Below are positions 1-13,164 of a stretch of 64,000 nt of DNA, piece by piece. How positions within the stretch are numbered: the first letter of the stretch is position 1; every line of letters starts with the position of its first letter. Source of the DNA: Tubiluchus corallicola (lineage: Eukaryota > Animalia > Priapulida); assembly GCA_030141605.1 (NCBI GenBank), contig JAQGDQ010001026.1, forward strand, positions 5,273 through 69,272, written 5' to 3'. The notes below the pieces were generated by a model. That model searched no databases. It was given only the letters and a program-made list of their open reading frames with translations, and was not told the origin of the DNA. The position numbers were made by a program, and so were the translations under genes.

Positions 1-491
1 CGCTTGATGTTGTACTCCTTCTGAACAGCGAAAGTTTCTTGGCAAATCAAACACAATACGCTACCAAAATGTTCCGTCACGAAAAAATCTTCCGTCCACG
101 AACATTTGAACAAGCGATTTTCAACATCAATTTTACGTTTCTTATGTGCTGGCGCCGCCATTAAAATGTTTACGTTTAAACTGGTCCTACTTTTACACTG
201 ACAACACCGATAGTATTCATGCGCATGTTTGACAAACAGCATCGATCCACACTTAATAGGCCACAGTACAGACTGTCTGTCTGCCTTGCGTCGACCTGCT
301 GAGTCAGAAATCGAAGTCACGTGTTAATGACTGTGACCTTCATGGATTGTTGACGACCGGCAAATCTGATAGTTGAGTTACAAGTGCAGCTGTCTATTAA
401 ATTTTGACAAAATAAGAGAAACTTCGCGGGCCGGATAGAAACGCATGGCGGGCCGGATTCTGGCCCGCGGGCCGTATGTTGGACACTCCTG
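1..491. mobile_element. Right end of a hAT (Charlie-like) non-autonomous element; left boundary unknown
   Basis: Terminus ggcccgcgggccgtatgttggacactcctg resembles the CAGGxGTGTxCAA..CGGCCCGCGGGCC hAT ends. Confidence 0.55.
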
Positions 492-509
492 CTCTAAGTG
501 GACTTAAAA

Positions 510-868
510 TATCAGTTCCCTTGTTTCATGCATAATTTAAAATACCCAACTATCAAGGATACATGATACCTAATTGTCTCAAAAACACCTAAGTACAAGC
601 CGCTCCTGTGCAAAAGTATATAAAAACTGTCTGCAATTGACTCAAATAACTCCACACAATTGATTCTATATTTTTATACATAGAGATATACACGTGGTTG
701 CACTGATGTACGTGATGTAAACAAAGTGACGGCCTGCCAACTAGCGGTCAGTTTGTGAAATAATGTACTGGGTCCGTAAGAATTTTCTCAACGAATTTAT
801 GCAATTTACAAAAATGGCACTACTGGTCTTCCAAAAACTTGGAATTCCGCGGAAAATTCTCATCCCTG
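510..868. mobile_element. hAT-like MITE, partial copy of the 39781-40215 family
   Basis: Reverse-complement homology to 39781-40150; ends in attctcatccctg. Confidence 0.7.
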
Positions 869-2762
869 ATTTTAATTATTAAAAAACTGCAGTTACAAAA
901 TTATACCAAACTGCGAATTTGAATACGAGTAACTTTGTGACACTATACTAATATAACATTGCTTTGATGTAGGTTATCTAACACAATTACATAAATAACT
1001 ACATTTTTATTAAATTCTTGTAATAAATGATCAGTTTTCATTTTCATTTCGATCCGACTCTGGAGAGAAGAATCAGTTTTGGTATCAGTTTCAATTTTTT
1101 GCTTTGCTAACAACCCTGGTTGTGAGATAGTTGGTGTTCACTTTAAGTTACTTACCCGTTAGAATCGGGAGGTAAAGGCGTCGGATATTCTGACAAAAAC
1201 ATATCATGAGAACGTTTCAAAGAACGAAACACCAGCGTATGCACAGAGTGTTTTTGCACTTCCTGTAAAATGACAAAATGCGTCAGAAACAAACCTTACT
1301 CTGTTTACTGGAAACCATCTTATTATCCTGTATTCATAAATGCCATATTCAGTTTCCATTTCATTTCGGCATGTAACTTAAGACTTATAATAGCATACAG
1401 CCTTACAGGCTGATACAGAAGCTGAATGTGGTACCAACCGCTGAGAAGCAAATCATAACGTACGTACGTATTGGAATGCGCATAGCGTAAAAAATCACAG
1501 TAAAATTACAAATGAAAAAATGAATAAGGTAAATTAATTTTTATTCATTTTTAAATATACTAAGCCTACTTTGTTCCCTAATAAATAATATAATATACTT
1601 GTGCAAACAAAGGAACATGTTAAAAGAATTAGTCTGCAGCCTGAAAGCAATCTCTATAAAGGCCTATTACTATTAGTTTATGAACGTGAGCATACTAATA
1701 CTAAGCTAGCATACTGTACCTGGCCGGCAACTTCTATCTCTGATGTTAATCATCATGTCAGAATTGTTTACTTACCTCTGTGCCATCACTGGTCGGCCGA
1801 CTGTAAGCCATTGCTTGTCTTTAGCTTTTAGTCATAAATTTTAAAAATTACTAAAAATGAAATTGTTATCACTTAACATGCAGTGCGCTTTTGAACTACT
1901 GTACCTAAATGTTCACTTGTCTTTAAATTTCTCAAGTGCTATTTTCTGGAAAATTTGACTCAAACAATTTTCTGAGAAACCAAAATTATTATTGCCTACA
2001 AAACTTTTCGTCAAAATCTTCCTGAAATTACCAAAAAGTTTTCTTATGCAGTTTATTTTTATTTTCCTTCTTAGTCTTGCACTCGTTATTGGTATCAACC
2101 ACAGATGGCACTCTTTGTTGAAAGTACGCGAAAACGAAATTGTAACGTTTTGTGGTTAAATTAGTAAATTACTCGTTTTTAATCATTTAGTGATAATAAC
2201 TGTCGTCCGTAACTGAAATCAGCGTTCGTCATTTGCTTCATGTGTCTTTGCAGTTCAAGATTTGGACGGTAGTATTTGAATATTAGCATCAGATCATGAG
2301 ACTTAAAATAAGCTTAGTTTTAATTCAATGTCACTTAGTCTTACTCTTACTTAGTAATAGTATAATATATTCAGTTAATTCGGAGACTAGGTCTTAGAAA
2401 GCTGTCTCATCCTCCCTGATTTTGACCAGCATTCTGAGTTTACTTTGTGTCTCATCTGAATTACTTACGTGAACTACTATTTGCAACACTGCTTTGAATT
2501 GTGTTTTTGCCTTTTTTGGCACCGTATTTTCTTTCAATCACTCTTTGTCATAATCAAATTGACTAATGCTGTTGCTGTGGCTTGGCCGACTGCAACTGCT
2601 GAATGTTTTACTGTGTTCCTAATGAATGTCTGTGTTTCAGGTCATCGAAGTGTTGGAGAGTTTAAGCCTTTAAGCAGAAACCTAGCAAGCTGATCTTTTA
2701 CGAGCTGAAGAGCAGTCTTACCAGACAGAGTTTAATGAGCTGAATAGAATTTGACTATCACA

Positions 2763-4322
2763 ATGAAACCTGAGACAGTTGATAAAGCACATGTATGTGT
2801 TTGTACCATACATATTTGCTAAATAAGCAAGTACTATGTCCATATTCGGCTATTATTAACATTTGTGTAATTGTATGGCAAAATCGTATATTTTTGCTGT
2901 ACGTACGTGCATGTAGTGTATATAATGTACCAAATCATTACAGTCTTTGTAGTTAAAGTGCAAGCACCACAAAAAATTTTGTTCAGAGAATGAGTGTATG
3001 ATTTAACCGTGTACGGGGTTCCTTACACAATGGCTACCAAAATTAAAGTCTCAAAAATGGCCAAAATAATGGGGGTGGCTGCAAAGGTGAGCCAAGTCGA
3101 CAATTAAACTCTTCTAGATATTCACATATCCCGAATCTCCATTTCGTGTGGATCTTTTTGATACCAAGCTCATCGCTCTGTATTATTTCTAAGTTGAGAT
3201 AATCCACGTTGAAGTTGAGATGCAGGCTACTCACTGAGAAAAACAATCTTGAGAAAATCACTGTTAAAGTTAGCCATTGTTTTTGTCGCGTTTCTACAAA
3301 ACACTTAGCAACCGTTTAAATGTTGGTTGGTGCGGACTCTTTGCAAGAACACATTAAAGTCATGTTTAAATCCATCAAATGACTCTTTCTGTCAAAGATT
3401 TGGGCTTGGCAATAGAAAAAAAACCTGAAACAAAATGACTGCTGTAACACGCTGATATCGGAGTTTGAAATTGCAAGTTTTTTGCAAATAGCCGTACTAG
3501 TTTCTAGCACGGAATATGGATGAAAGGATATAAAGTTAGATTTCTTGTATTTTTTGAACATTTCCTTGATAATTTGATGTTAGAATATAAACGTCCAATA
3601 CATGTAGCATTTGTTTTTATAAAAAGCAAAAAATTTATATTTGAGAAAATTTTTGCTTGAATTTTTGCTTTGCTTTGCAAGATTCTACTTTGAAGCATAT
3701 CATAATGCAGTTTTAACTATTCCAACTTGTAGATGGTTTTGGTTTGCAAGCACACGTTGTATTACTAGGTGCAAAAGCAGTGATTTTCTTGATATTTCTG
3801 ATTATGAAGTGTCATATTTGTATATTGTTATTTTCCCAACCTTGTCGAATACAACTCTATTACTTCCAAACTTGGAAGCTAGGTAACCTTTCAACCAGTT
3901 TGCTATCTTTTATTTATTAAATTGATACCAGCTTGTTGTTGTTTATCTGTGTATCTACCTGTGTTTCAAGTTTCTAAATTTGGTATATTTATAAGTTTTG
4001 TAGTATTTTGTGACAGTAAGCAACAGAATGTCTTAAAACACATTTACATTTTGACCAGACGGTTTAGTCTAGTGGTAATGCGTCTGCTTTCTGTTTGGAA
4101 GGTCGTGAGTTCGAACCAGCGGCCGGGTCATACCAAAGACTTTAAAAATGGTACCTGCTGTTGCCCTGCCTGACGCGTGGTATTTAGGGTAAAAGTGGGG
4201 TAATAATAGTCTCTGTTATGCAGTTGTAGGTTGTTATTTACAGTCGGCGATAATAGCTCTTTGAGCTAATGTTAATTGTTGACCCAAAAGCCGACTTTAA
4301 ATAAAGATTATTGTTGTTGTTG

Positions 4323-4362
<40 letters not shown>

Positions 4363-7300
4363 TTTTTTATTACTTTTTTATTAGGCTAAGCAAATGAATA
4401 ACAGCAAACATTTGCACAAAACACAAATCAAGATAGAAAAGGTAAAGAAGACCAGAATAACCGGGAAAGACGCTCTAACCAGAATAACCGGGAAAGACGC
4501 TCTAACCAGAATAACCGGGAAAGACGCTCTAACCAGAATAACCGGGAAAGACGCTCTAACCAGAATAACCGGGAAAGACGCTCTAACCAGAATAACCGGG
4601 AAAGACGCTCTAACCAGAATAACCGGAAAGACGCTCTAACCAGAATAACCGGGAAAGACGCTCTAACCAGAATAACCGGGAAAGACGCTCTAACCAGAAT
4701 AACCGGGAAAGACGCTCTAACCAGAATAACCGGGAAAGACGCTCTAACCAGAATAACCGGGAAAGACGCCCGAGTAAAAGAAATGTGTATAGAAACATTA
4801 CAAACAAAGACTGACGATGGTGAAGATGTGGAAAGTTCCGGAAAACGTCGAGCCTGTGATTTGGTTAAACTTGGTAAGGCTAATGAATCTAGACCAGATT
4901 ATTCTTCTGGTTTGTGTAACTCTGATCAAAGTTCATCAAAAAAGACTGAACAAGCAAAGAAGTTTCCGGACAAACGTTTATTTCCCTTTGGCAACTACGA
5001 TCGTTACTATGGTTACAGAAATCCAGCCAATGAGGACTATCGCTTGTACAGTTTAAACAGGTCGTGGTTTCAGGACAAAGAGGTTCTGGACATTGGGTGC
5101 AACACGGGTCAGTTTACGTTACAAGTGGCAAAACGGTTTAGACCAAAGAAAATCGTTGCCGTCGACATAGACAAAAAGCTGATAAGAATAGCGCGAAAGA
5201 ACATTTGGCATTACGTTCAGCTGTCTAAAAATACTTCCTCATTTCCCGTGTCATTTCGGATAGCTTATGGTTGTACGGGCGCTCCCGTGGTGCCGGGACT
5301 TATGAACGAGTTTCCCAATAACGTGATTTTCATCGAGGTATGTCTGAAGTAACAATTTACAGGTAGCAAAGTTTGCTTAATGCAAATGCTTTTTTTGTTG
5401 AGTATTGCTTATAAGACAAGTTTTTAATTCTTTTGAAACTTGAAAATGAAGTTCACGTTCAATTTTCTGTCATATTGTTTATTGCTTATTTATTTCACAT
5501 TAACACAAATACACAATTAATGCATTAAAAGAAACAAAACGTTATCAATAATTCAATGAATAACAAACAGTAAGATACATAATAGGAAGCAAATTTTGGA
5601 AAAAATGATTTAAACTGTCTTGAGATGTAGGTCAACCTATGGTAAACAAAGATAGTGATATCGCTACTTCCTTTAATACTGGTGTCTAAACAACGTTATG
5701 TACAGCATCATTACAAATATACTAACTTGACTCTCAAAACACTGTGGGGTTGAAAGAATAGGGGTTTAAACAAGAGAATTATCACTGTTGTATGTTGCTT
5801 AGTAAATTCGTATACAGTTTACTTTGAGCACATAACTAGTTTAGATATACCATAGTTTAGGTTTGCTACATATAGAAATGTAAATGTGTTGCGGGCAATC
5901 AAAAAACAGGGCTTGTTAGATTGTCCCAAACTGTGAAAGAAAAAAAAGTAATGGAAATTATCTAAAAATTTGAAGTGAATCGTATGATAAAGAAAACATT
6001 AGTGCTACAGTTGCATTTCTCTCTTTTAGTGCAACTACGTTCTCGATTCAGATACATTGCTAGAGCTTCAAAAGCCAGAGTATGACACCATCTTGTTTCT
6101 CAGCACATCCAAGTGGATTCACTTGAACTGGGGTAATCTAGCTGACATGGAACATTCATTTTCTTTGTTATATTATGAATTTGTTCCCTTTTTTATATAT
6201 GAGTTGTCAAATGTTTGTGCATGTACAATTTCTCAACTAGCCTTATTTGTCAAATAGTAGATTGTTCAATGTGTGCTTTGTTTCTCTACGAATAACATGG
6301 AAATACAAACAGTTCTTCTTCTTCTTCCCAGCTTTTCCCTATTCGGGGTCGCCGTTGTGAATGAGTCTTCTCCACGCATTCCTGTTGTTGACCATCTCTT
6401 CATTTATGTCTTCCCTTCCCACATGATCTTCACCGACTCTTCTTTTCAGGTGTCCATACCATCGCAATCTTGCGAGGCTTCAACTACTTTTACTGTTCCT
6501 CTGATATTATTATTTCTAATTTTATCTCTTCTTGTTATTCCCACCATCCATCTCAACATCCTCATCTCCACCATATCCATTTTCTTCTCTTCGATCTTCT
6601 TTAGAGAAGCTGCTTCCAGCCCATAGATTTGAGCGGGTCTGACCACTTCTTTGCACTCACCGACTCATTAATAGGAGGTTTTGGCGCAGTTTTTACAGGA
6701 GGATGCCCTTCCTGACCCTAACCCTCCCTATTTATCCGGGCTTGGGACCGGCAATGAAAATACAAACAGGTCAAATTTACTAATTGTATGATAGTTATAA
6801 TTTGAAATGTGACTAGATGTATCTGTCAATAGAAGATCAATAATTATGGAAGATCATCAATAGTCATATTTCAAATTATTATTTCATGTTATGATTGTGA
6901 ATAGCAGGAAATTGGGGGAAAATTTTCAACTGCTGCAACTGATTTGCTTGGATTAGTTTTCGTTGACAATGACACTGTACCAACCTAAATTAAATTGGTT
7001 TAGAACTACATACAGGTGAGATAATTTAAGGACTGGAATTCGTATGTTAGCTAAGCAACAGTTCAGTGTTTGGAGCTTATAAATCAATCAATCAATAAAA
7101 TATGATTGTAAGTGTTTTTGGTGCTGATGATGCAATAATTTCCCCCATTTTTTGCTATTTCGTCTTTCCATTTTTTGCCAGTTTAATGATTTTAACTTCC
7201 TAAGGAAACTTTTATTAGTTTCTGATCGTAATTTTTTTTTAATTGCATATGTAGGAGATGCCGGATTGCAGAGGGTATTCAAACGCATCTATGCACAACT

Positions 7301-8923
7301 ACGACCTGGCGGGAGAATGATATTTGAACCTCAACCTTGGGATTCGTATTCTAAAAGCAAAAAGATTAATGTAATTATTTTTCGATTTTTTGAAATCTTC
7401 ATTTTCGTCTCAAAACACACTCATTGCCTGTAGGACCTCACTTTTATGGATACGTGTACTTCAAAATAAACATGTTTTGTTGCAGGAAACCTTACGCCAA
7501 AATTATTACTCAATAAACATGAAGCCAGAGTCTTTTTGTGATTACCTCCTTTCAAAGGATGTTGGTTTTGAAACTTGTGAAATGTTAGACACACCTCCTA
7601 ATACTTCAAAAGGTAATTTTTTGTTTTCTATTTTGGAAAAAAATTGTTTTTTGGCATCAGTTTTTTTAGCTAATTATACCTGTACAAGTTATTTCCACGT
7701 TTGTAAAGTTTGTTTGACCACTGTGTGCATTTGTGCAAGTTTGTTTGACCGCTGTGTGCATTGTGCAAGTTTGTTTGACCGCTGTGTGCATTTGTGCAAG
7801 TTTTTTTGACCGCTGTGTGCATTTGTGCAAGTTTGTTTGACCACTGTGTGCATTTGTGCAAGTTTGTTTGACCACTGTGTGCATTTGTGCAACTATTATG
7901 TATGTAATCCCAATAAAAATTCACTCACAGTCATTATTTCTGAATGGTTTGACTGTACCGTTTCTAAACTCTGCTGACTGTATTTGTCGCTTATTGTACC
8001 GAGTATGCGATTGTAGTATTATGTGATCTATTTAATTGTCAGTCTACTACACTATGGTACTGAATTAGTCTATGCTGCCATCTACAGTCGTTGTTTTACT
8101 CTAATTGTATAAAGTTTGTCAGAGATTGATTTTTGTTTCTAAATATTGTTTCCTTTTGCTTTTATAGATATTCATTAATCAGAGTAATTAGATTGTTAAT
8201 TTCATGCTTTAATTCTGTATCTAACTCTCTTGTTCAAGTTTAAATAGAGAAAAATTATAACATTATAACACAGCTTTCTGTAAACCAATAATCTTTATTC
8301 TGCTATCAAAGAAGCCAAATAGACTTTGATTTTGGTGTAACTAGTAGTCTATAGAGTATAGGTGACCTTTCCATTTATGGTCTGTATGCATGAATATGAT
8401 GTACCTTCCAATAGGAACTTGTATGTCTGGTCATGTGATTACAGCTTTATTCTCTCAGGCAAGCAAGTTTCAGTTGATCTAGAGACAGCATTGAGAAAGG
8501 ATACGAAATTTCTACTGTAAAATATTATATTGCTAACTTTATGACTGTTTGTTCAATTTTATGGTCTGTGAACATTGTATACATTTTACAATAAAATGAT
8601 TGCAAATTTCTACAGTATTATATGCACATGCAAAAAAATAATAATGAAATTGTTGGACAGGTGATAGCAGGTAAGTTTACGTAATGGGCTATACCAAAAA
8701 CATGGCGGAGAATCCTAGTAAATTTATTGATACGTAGCCTATAATTATTTGAAATTGTAATAGAAATCATAACGGTGCGACTTTGTTACAGATACAAACA
8801 GCAATTATAATGTAGATTTATACTTAAGGGTTTCAAAGACCAATCTATCTACTCACAAAAAGAGCATCAGACTCTAATGGTGGACAAAGTTCTGAAGGAG
8901 CTTCTTCTGTCTCAATGTTATGA
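2763..8923 (+). CDS. MEPCE: 7SK snRNA methylphosphate capping enzyme (Bin3-type SAM methyltransferase). Exons 2763-2792 (tentative start exon), 4385-5337, 6030-6132, 7255-7370, 7486-7612, 8829-8923; apparent -1 frameshift at ~4625 inside a 27-bp repeat
   Basis: Motifs [21 protein letters not shown] (SAM motif I), [24 protein letters not shown] and GFQRPIY are joined by phase-consistent GT-AG introns; TGA at 8921-8923. The start could alternatively be the ATG at 4394 or 4783. Confidence 0.9.
4058..4361 (+). mobile_element. tRNA-derived SINE (possibly Meta-domain type), copy 1
   Basis: A-box TAGTCTAGTGG and B-box GAGTTCGAACC; core GGGTCATACCAAAGACTTTAAAAATGG; AATAAA plus (TTG/TTA)n tail; three copies in the window. 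Confidence 0.8.
4451..4769 (+). repeat. 27-bp coding tandem repeat, 12 units (TRITGKDAL)n
   Basis: Unit accagaataaccgggaaagacgctcta; unit 7 lacks one G. Confidence 0.95.
6313..6757 (-). mobile_element. Non-autonomous, internally deleted RTE-type retroposon (5' motif + RT C-terminal remnant + (GAA)n tail)
   Basis: GCCGGTCCCAAGCCCGGATAAA..GAGGGTT..GGAAGGGCATCC motif; [27 protein letters not shown] remnant; GGCGACCCC..GGGAAGAAGAAG tail; TSD aaatacaaacag. Confidence 0.8.
7706..7892. repeat. 31-bp minisatellite, ~6 units
   Basis: gtttgtttgaccactgtgtgcatttgtgcaa. Confidence 0.9.
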
Positions 8924-9030
8924 CACTCGGTTTGTGACGACAAGCATATTACATGTGAGTGAGTTGCTCTTTTATCCCAGCTATTGATAACTACAGTATG
9001 CGACATTAGTGAATGTTTTATGCGTCAATG

Positions 9031-9525
9031 CAGGAGTGTGCAAATTATCTGATTAACCGGGCCACATTAAACTTTCCCGCAATTCCTGCGGGCCACAGGC
9101 AGTTTGATCAAGGAGCCAAGTACAGAAAGGCCTAATAACGATTTTTTTTGCATCCGACCTGCGTACATCATTACTATTACACTCAAGAAACTATTTTAGA
9201 AGTTATTAAAATTTATATTACAAACCATATATTTCTACATTCAGGACCAGATAGTGGTAATTTCATTACAATGCATATTAGTAATGTGTATCACATAGTC
9301 TGTGTAGTACAGTGACATTAAGCTACAACCATCTTGTAAGGGTTAATGGCATCCGATCTAGTAGAAAAAACTACCCGCACTATCTTTGGGATCGTGGCAC
9401 GGACTTCAGCTGGATACACTCAATAGACTCAATTAGTCTCGCCCGGGCCGCACTTTCATTAGGTTGACAAATCTCTTCGCGGGCCGCACAAATTCTCTCG
9501 GCGGGCCGCAATTTGCACACCCCTG
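9031..9525 (-). mobile_element. hAT MITE family A (CAGGGGTGTGCAAATT TIR)
   Basis: TIRs; degenerate 8-bp TSD cgtcaatg/cattaatg; four copies in the window. Confidence 0.85.
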
Positions 9526-10308
9526 CATTAATGCATGTTTGGTAAGTCAGAGTACACAAAGGTCTCTGTTCTTAATCAATTTCTTTATCTTCAGCCAGTA
9601 CAACTAAAACAAAGATTCAGTCTATACAAAAGCATTCCACCATGACTAACATTAGTAATAACTACTACATAATTATTTTTGTAGAAGTTAAGTCTCTTGA
9701 ACAAAGCTACACAGAGGCAACATATAAATAAAGCTATACTTAGCATTACGCTTGCCTGTCTAAAAAACTTATGTAGCTAGAAAACAATTTTTAGCAATTG
9801 AAAATGTCTGCACCAACTGGTAAACTTCACTGTTAATAGTGACCAGTGCGTATCTTAATCGGCTCACAAAAAATAGTCATAATTAATTTTATTGACAATA
9901 TAAAGTAATTTATACGTTTGCTTAGTTAGTGAAGTGCGCTACGAATGCTTTGATTATTTTTGCGAAGTCGTTCCATTGTTATCTGAACTTTCTTACTCAA
10001 TGACTAAATGATTAAAAAGGCAGCACCTAAGCATCAGTGCGGGAGTTTGAATTTACAGTTTTTATTCATTGTTATTGCTAATACAAGCTCTGGGGACAGT
10101 AAGACAGCATACAGGTGATGCAAAATTTCATGATGTCAAAATTCTGTTTTCTTGTCCTTTAATTTTCTCTGGAATGTAGAATAAAAATTACCTGCAACTT
10201 TTGCAGATATATTATCCATTGGAAGATTGAATTTTGCCTGTAATTCGTGAACTGCGTGACCACAATATGCCTCTGCTGTATTTTTAAAAGTGCCAAAAGT
10301 AACCCAAC

Positions 10309-10600
10309 ACTGATTGTGCACACAGAGATTGCAAGTCTTCAGTAGCTGATTGTGCACACAGAGGATGCAGGTCTTCAGTAGCTGATTGTGCACACAGAGG
10401 ATGCAGGTCTTCAGTAGCTGATTGTGCACACAGAGATTGCAAGTCTTCAGTAGCTGATTGTGCACACAGAGATTGCAAGTCTTCAGTAGCTGATTGTGCA
10501 CACAGAGGTTGCAAGTCTTCAGTAGCTGATTGTGCACACAGAGATTGGCAGGTCTTCAGTAGCTGATTGTGCACACAGAGATTGCAGGTCTTCAGTAGTT
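10309..10600. repeat. 36-bp minisatellite, ~8 units
   Basis: ctgattgtgcacacagagattgcaagtcttcagtag. Confidence 0.9.
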
Positions 10601-11312
10601 GATCGGTGAGGATTGATCTTCATAGTTTTTTTTTGTAAATATGTTGTCTATTTAGATTGTAATTAAGTTTGTGAAAAAATGCTTTGTAAAGAATCTATTG
10701 TAAAATATGTACTTTTGTATTACAAATACTGTAATTTATAGTATCACTTTATACATACTTGATTGTTCCGTAACAGATGTAAATGTTTTTTAATCATTTG
10801 TGGAAATTAAAAGTATTCATTGTGATTTTGAATTTCTTGTGATCTTTTTGTACTGAATCTCCCAATTGGAAGTACAACAAACTTGCTTCATTTACCATAA
10901 ATTTGATTTGTAACAATATTTAAAGTAACATTTATTTAAATTTTTTTTAACAAGGTCAACACCAACTTGTTCAACAAATTAAATCTTACTTAAAATATTT
11001 TGCAACTGCATTAGAAGCATACATGATACAAAATTTGCTCTTGTGTTTACATAAGTTAGGAGATATATCGTTTGACTTCTGTTGCACTTAAAACAGTTGC
11101 ATGTTACTAAATATGCTTTAATTTTTTACTTAACATTTAACAAGTCATGCAATATCGAATAATAGAAATTGTTGCTTACTGTAGCTCACATGTACAGTAT
11201 AAACAATAATCTACTGATCAAACTTCCTCATTAGCTGAGAACATTAGCCAAAAGAATGGAATAAAATTGTACGTTAGCCCTTTTTTATCTTATACCTAGT
11301 CCACAAGGCCAT

Positions 11313-11809
11313 ACTACGGCCAAATCACGTTGAAAACACCGGTTCTCGTCTGATCACCGAAGTTAAGCAACGTAGAGCCTGGTTAGTGCTTGGATGGGTG
11401 ACCGCCTAGGAATACCAGGTGCTGTAGGCCTGCGGGATGCCCACACTGTATCTCGACACTAGGCGGAGGAGCTGCACAAGCAGCCAACGGCTAGAGGGCG
11501 GAGGAGGTCAAGTGACCCAACGGCCACGTGTAGAGGAGTAACCCTTCCAAATCATGAGTGGAACCCCAAAGGCGGACCAGTGCAGCATGCTCACTGATTC
11601 CGGCAGCTCCTGCAGCCAACCTGGTGCCAAACGTATCGCTCCGCTTTCCTTTGGACTACACCAGGGAGGAAGAGAGGGGGTTCCTGTTGTCTGGGCAACT
11701 CAGGATCTCCATACACCTTGCCCAGGCGTGCGCCCTGGAGACGTTCAAGGATCCGACGCTCTTGGCGCACACTCCATCGTCTTCTGAGACAGAAGGATGC
11801 CAACAACAA
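11313..11809 (+). mobile_element. 5S rRNA-derived SINE (SINE3) with RTE-derived body and tail, copy 1
   Basis: 11313-11430 is a full-length 5S-like head with internal Pol III type-1 promoter boxes and no T-run terminator; ~380-bp GC-rich body; (CAA)n tail; TSD tagtccacaagg(c/t)c(a/g)t on both sides. Confidence 0.88.
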
Positions 11810-12067
11810 TAGTCCACAAGGTCGTTCAAATGACTGACATTCAAAACACTGAACTCTATCCACATGATCAGTTTTTACTGAAAGTTATTTTACACATAAC
11901 TATTTGAAGAAGTGGCATTCTCTAACCTCTCATCATTTCTGAAATTGTACTAAAATGGTTTGTATGAAAACGAGCTTTGAGCTTTTAGCATGTGCTGCAA
12001 ATAGAAAGCGAAATCAAGGAAAAAACATCTTTGGCACAGAAATCAAACAAGAAGTCAATATCAACTA

Positions 12068-12290
12068 CAGTCAACCTTGGATATAAGGGACATCCCCAGA
12101 CAAGGGAATACAGTCGGGCCCACGCGGGGTCTCGGTATAGGCCTTTTAGGATGTAAAAATATTTCATCATGGGTCCCTTATATCCGTGTACTTTACATAC
12201 GAAGATTTTTAGAAGGAAAAACATTACGAAAAATCGGGGCCGGTGTTGGTGGTCCCTTATAAGTGAGTACTTTATACCTGAGGTTAACTG
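12068..12290. mobile_element. pogo/Tigger-type MITE
   Basis: TA|CAGTCAACCT ... AGGTTAACTG|TA; related to 43400-43882. Confidence 0.75.
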
Positions 12291-12811
12291 TATTTCGGGA
12301 ATTAGAAGTTGAAGCGCAAATGAATTTTTAAATTATATTTGGATATTACCAAGTAACTTTGATTACCGAACACATTTTCGCCTGTAAATAATGTAGGAAT
12401 CAAGAATAGGTTGTCAAGGCATCATAGCTTGTGTTTTTGATGGTTAATTTAGACGCCTTGGGACTAGTGCAAGCTCTTGCACATTTCCCTGTACGTAAGT
12501 ATCCTATATAAGTCTATAAGTGTATATAAAAATTATTTACGTCACTCACAGAAATTCCTGCAGGCATGCGCTTAATAACTATAATAGTAATCACTGCTTT
12601 AGTAACACCAAGCGGTTTACGTACACCGCCATAAATGAGCTTTTCTAGTTGAGTCATCAGTGCGCATTCTTACTGGCTGTTCAGTCCGCGAATGACGACC
12701 AGGACTAATGAAAATCAAAACCAGGCTTCATATTGTCAAACTTGAATGACGTTCAAATTTCACTATCATTCTCAACGTTCACACGTTCACATGATAGTGT
12801 TTTGAATGACC

Positions 12812-13164
12812 AACCTAGCCACTGGGGGGGGGGCAAGCCAGCCCAACTCAGTGCCGGTCCCAAGCGCGGATAAATAGGGAGGGTTAGGGTCAGGAAGGGC
12901 ATCCGCCTGTAAAAACTGCGCCAAAACCTTCTATGAATGAGTCGGTGAGTGCAAAGAAGTGGTCAGACCCGCTCTAATCTATGGGCTGGAAGCAGCTTCT
13001 CTAAAGAAGACCGAAGAGAAGAAAATGGGTGTGGTGGAGATGAGGATGTTCAGATGGATGGTGGGAATAACAAGAACAGATAAAATTAGAAATAATAATG
13101 TCAGAGGAACGGTAAAAGTAGTGGAAGCCTCGCAAGATAGCGATGGTATGGACACCTGAAAAGA
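12812..13164 (+). mobile_element. Second copy of the RTE-derived bipartite retroposon, 3'-truncated
   Basis: Homologous to 6313-6757 with the same internal junctions; perfect 16-bp TSD agtgttttgaatgacc (12796-12811 / 13165-13180). Confidence 0.82.

Noticed and set aside
4058-4130. tRNA gene
   Set aside because: A and B boxes are present but there is no complete cloverleaf; it is part of a three-copy SINE.
11313-11430. Functional 5S rRNA gene
   Set aside because: No T-run terminator; fused to the same body in two dispersed TSD-flanked copies, so it is a SINE head.
11430-11520. HDV-like ribozyme at the start of the RTE-like body
   Set aside because: I could not identify the P1/P3/L3 nested pseudoknot by eye; a descriptor search would be needed.
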